A model generated the notes under the pieces. The model did not search any database. It had not been told where the DNA came from and worked only from the letters and a program-made list of their open reading frames with translations. Of a DNA stretch of 64,000 bases, positions 60,194 through 64,000 are shown piece by piece (position 1 is the first letter of the stretch; each line of letters starts with the position of its first letter). The stretch is from Hyphochytrium catenoides (taxonomy: Eukaryota; Protista; Hyphochytriomycota): positions 1 through 64,000 of the forward strand of contig FLMG01001570.1 of assembly GCA_900088475.1 (NCBI GenBank), given 5' to 3'. The translations under genes were made by a program, and so were the position numbers.

Positions 60194-63100
60194 TCACAGC
60201 TGTACAAGACCTTCTTCTTCACTGATGATGATGGAGCGGTCGGTCTCTTGACGATGACTCTGGCTCCTCAGCAGCAAGAGTCGCAGCATGTCTTCTTCAC
60301 TCGACGTGCTTATTGATCGTCAGGGTCATAGGACAGTTGTAGGAGAGGAGCTGGGGCGTTGGCGGACGAAGGAGCAGAAGAGAGACATGAACAGACTTGA
60401 ATGCATTTATTGTACAGACAGGGCAACCTTCGATGCAGCGTCATATGATTGATAATGAAGAGCGTAGATGAGGGTCATAAATAAACTATCGAGGACAAAA
60501 TCTGCTATCTTCTTGGGAGGTCCGCTCCTGAAGGAATAGTGCTATCCTTAGCCTAGTAGTAACGCCTTCGTAGTAAGACCTACACTCACTCTTTGAGAGG
60601 AGGTGGGATACGTTCGACAGGTGGGATCTTCCTCCGTGCAGTAGAGCACTCTCGAGAGGAGAGAACTGATAGAAGAGAAGACTAGGGCGTAACAATGGGT
60701 ATGGACTCCACATTTGTGATCCAGATCTTCAGAATCTACGGCAGAGCAAGAGTTACTATCCTTCTTTCTTATGGAGGTAGATAAGAGGCAGGAGACGGAG
60801 TAGCTAACAAAGGTTTGGGAGAAGACCAACCTCAAATTCCTCCGCTTTCTCTTCTTCCCCCGTTTCTCCTCGTTTTGTCTCTTCTTCCTCGGTGCTCCAG
60901 TCCGCATAGATGCCCAAGTCCGTCCTGGCTTGCAACAGAGGGAGGATGCTCGCCACGAACCTCTTCCTAGAGGTCTCATCCAGCGCTGTGATGTTGATGT
61001 TACGGGTGCGTAACTCCGCATAGGGGGTGCCCTTGATGACGTCATGAATCCAGTTTCCCTGAGGTCAGCAAAAGTAAGAAAGAGGACTCATCGTGAGAGA
61101 AAGAGAGATAGCTTAACTAGACCAATGAAGAAAGTGAGGAGCCAATCGGGAAGCACAGAAAATAAGATGTCCAAGCCCCTTGATGGACGAGAAGGCACAA
61201 GGGGTTGGATTGCAGTAAAGGTCTCGATTAGGGAAAAGCGACTTCGATAGAAGTGAGTCTCTCCTAGAGGCGGCGCTGTTTGTAGAGAGTGAGCTGGCAA
61301 AGAGTTAGGCGTAAGAGTTGGTTGGTACCATGCCCCTGAACTTTATTATGTCCCCCTTGCAGATTTTGGTCTCGATCAGGTCCAACATATCCACCGTGAG
61401 GGCCGGGCACGCTTGCATCAGTTGCTTCCTATAGTGCTGGAAGAGCGCGCGGCTGCCTTCAAGCCCATGCTTGCCCTAATAAAGTTAACGTTAACGCAAC
61501 GAAAAACCAAGGATTGAACGCTGTTTTGATAGTCAAGAGGCACGAGTGTGACTTGAAGCGCGCAACGGCCCTTCTCTCACGCTGACTTGGCTTGCCAATT
61601 CTTCTAACACAAGCGTTTCTTACAATGCTGTAGCATGACGTGCAGAGATGGACGTTGGAGCAGGTGGCGCAGGTCCAGATTTCTTCCATTATGGGTCTTT
61701 CGCACTCGCCACACCGTGATAGGTCATTCCCATGAACAAGGTGAGTCACAGCCGAAGCAACACTCTCTGCATGAGGACGAAGCCGCTGTTAGATACAATG
61801 CAGAACTCTAAAGCAAGCGTCACGTAGATAAGTTCCTATCCCTCAAGGAGACTGAAACTCCGAAGGGAGCAAGGAAAGAGCGTTTATGGATTGACACTGA
61901 CGTGTCCAAGCCTGCGATAATAATTTGGCGATGAAACTGCATTCCAAGGAGACGGCAGCCAGGATGTGTACTTACGGAATGCTTTGCCTGCGGTCAATCT
62001 GTTGAAAGAAATCTTGCTAACTGCTAGTTCAAAACGTGAGGCGACGGAGGTTCCTGACGGCGTGAAGCTTGGATTTCCTTCCTCAACATCACCCTCTTCA
62101 GTAATCTTTTCCATAGCAGGGACAGACTTGAACCTGGTGGCAGTCATGAGGGTTAAGTTGCCAATTTAACGTAGGGAAAGTCAGCAGATACAAGCGGCTG
62201 CTGTAGTTATCCACAAGCTCATTGGTTGCACAGGGCGAAGCACATGCTCTTGCCTTTGTGTGTAAGCTACAATCTTATCTTTATTGCTTCCACTTACCTT
62301 GCCACCCCACTGCTCTTATCTACAAATCTTAGGCTGTGAATAACTGGCTCCTTAACTTGCCGCGAGGGTCCAAAGAAACGATGAAGTGTAAACTGGTTGA
62401 TGGCATTTTCACTAAGAGCTAAGTGCTTCAGAGCCGTAGGTTCAAGTCTTTCTCTGTGGGGTCGCAGATAAAGAGAGATGCGGATGTCCCACACATCGTC
62501 ATTCTGACGCCGTTCCTCCACCTACGAAGTTGACGAGAAAGGCACGACGGCAGGGTCCATCGGGACACTCAGAGTCAGACGAGCACCACCCCGGCATTAG
62601 GTTCTCCTTACCATGACATCTAAATCTGGCCGCCTTTGCAAGAGGGGAATAATCAGTCGCTTAAGCCCATCATGGACCTAAAGAAAGTCGTATCAAGGGA
62701 AGGCATCGAAGCCGTAAGGATATACAGAAACAAATACATCAGCAACTGTTCACACACGACGGGCGATAGGCGCGGGAGTTTGCCTTACAGAAAAGGAGAT
62801 CCTATTCAGCTGGATCTTTTGCAAGAAGTCATCCTCTCGGACGTCTCTGCCTTGGATAACAAACTTTATCCATTCCAGAAGAGCCTCCTGCAGAATTATG
62901 GCCACATCGAGAGGCAGATGGAGGAGAGTTCGTGCGCAGGTTGCAGAANNNNNNNNNNNNNNNNNNNNNNNNNNNNNNNNNNNNNNNNNNNNNNNNNNNN
63001 NNNNNNNNNNNNNNNNNNNNNNNNNNNNNCCTAACCACTGGCGAGGTGAGCTCAATGGGAGCTGGAGGGTAGGCATCCAAGACCTTGGTCCAAACAGTTG

Positions 63101-64000
63101 CTGTGCAGGAATGCAACAAACGCTGAGTCCGGAGCTAGTGTAGCTTATTTCAACCTGAACCACTCTAGCGGGACACAATCTAGTGTTGGATAGAAAGAGT
63201 GGACCAGCACGCCACAGAGAGCCATGGCGAAACAGTAGCCACCGAGGCCCTATTGGCTGCCCCAGTCTGCTTCCCTAAATCCACGCCGTGAATACTGTGG
63301 AGTATCCACCTGACTCTTCAAACCCTCAAAGCTTCTAACACTGGGACTGCTCACTTCCCGGACTATTCTTACCAGTACCATGCGACCCCGAGAGCATCGC
63401 TTGCACGCTCTCTGATCTTTCTCTAGCAGCTTCAGAAATGCTAAGGCGGGATCCCAGATCAGGTTCCACAGACTCTCCACCTCCCATGCCCCACATGCTG
63501 CTGACTTGCTTCAAAAGATTGAACTTCTGCTGCTTACCCTCACCACCTCCCCGCACCGCTTTCAGGACGACACCTCCTAGCAGAAGATAGCAGTTGGGAC
63601 CTTAGAGTGCATCCCATACTAGCATTACGATGGACGAAACAAGAAGTTTGGAAAGAAACGATCCCGTAGGGAAAGCAAACGTCCCTATCTCCTCTACCAG
63701 AAGCTGACTTACCCTTCGGGGGCTGATCGGGTGCGGATCCATTAGAGAACGGAGGCTGGATGGACGAAAGCTGTCGCTGTTGCATAGAGAAAGTCCCGAG
63801 ATCGGAGCTCTCAGCGACTCTTCAAAGAGTAAACGATACCTAACCTGGGGAGGATAGGGAAGTTCATCGGTGCTGACCTTCAAACAATCCATTCTTTCCT
63901 GCAGGGCTGCAGTTTCCTCCTGATAACTTTTCCTGATCATCATATCTCTGGCGTGAGATCGTTCAATTTCCTGTATGATAATTTGGAGTCAAAATAACCC
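60194..64000 (-). CDS. Large multi-exon protein with a ZZ-type zinc finger; 5' part lies beyond the window
   Basis: CGECERPIMEEIWTCATCSNVHLCTSCY (~61630-61720) matches ZZ spacing. A series of minus-strand exons has GT-AG borders. The stop position is uncertain (60548 or 60194). Confidence 0.6.
62949..63029. other. Assembly gap (others at 47687-47700, 51265-51282, 55109-55160)
   Basis: Runs of N. Confidence 1.

Overview
Gene-dense eukaryotic nuclear DNA (about 50% GC, many short GT-AG introns, CT/GA microsatellites, four N-gaps). The Rab2 sequence and gene content suggest a protist, probably a stramenopile (inference). The ORF track fragments most genes, so I spliced models by hand. Recognisable genes: SERF/4F5, a PH-domain-anoctamin (TMEM16) fusion, a stand-alone beta-adaptin ear (platform) domain protein, two tandem Tim17/Tim22-family paralogues, NAE1, ECM29, an intronless CANT1-type apyrase, Rab2, a DHHC palmitoyltransferase, a thioredoxin-fold membrane protein, an RNFT-like RING ligase, a PDZ protein, an NMNAT-like nucleotidyltransferase and a partial ZZ-zinc-finger gene. 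There are also several orphan genes, including a secreted Cys-rich CBM-like protein. I found no rRNA, tRNA, CRISPR array or intact mobile element. Best leads: the PH-anoctamin whose canonical Ca2+ ligands are largely lost, the free adaptin ear, the duplicated Tim22-like pair with acidic N-terminal extensions, the NMNAT-like enzyme with a remodelled acceptor site, and an orphan with an internal two-fold repeat. All homology calls are by-eye motif recognition, not database results.
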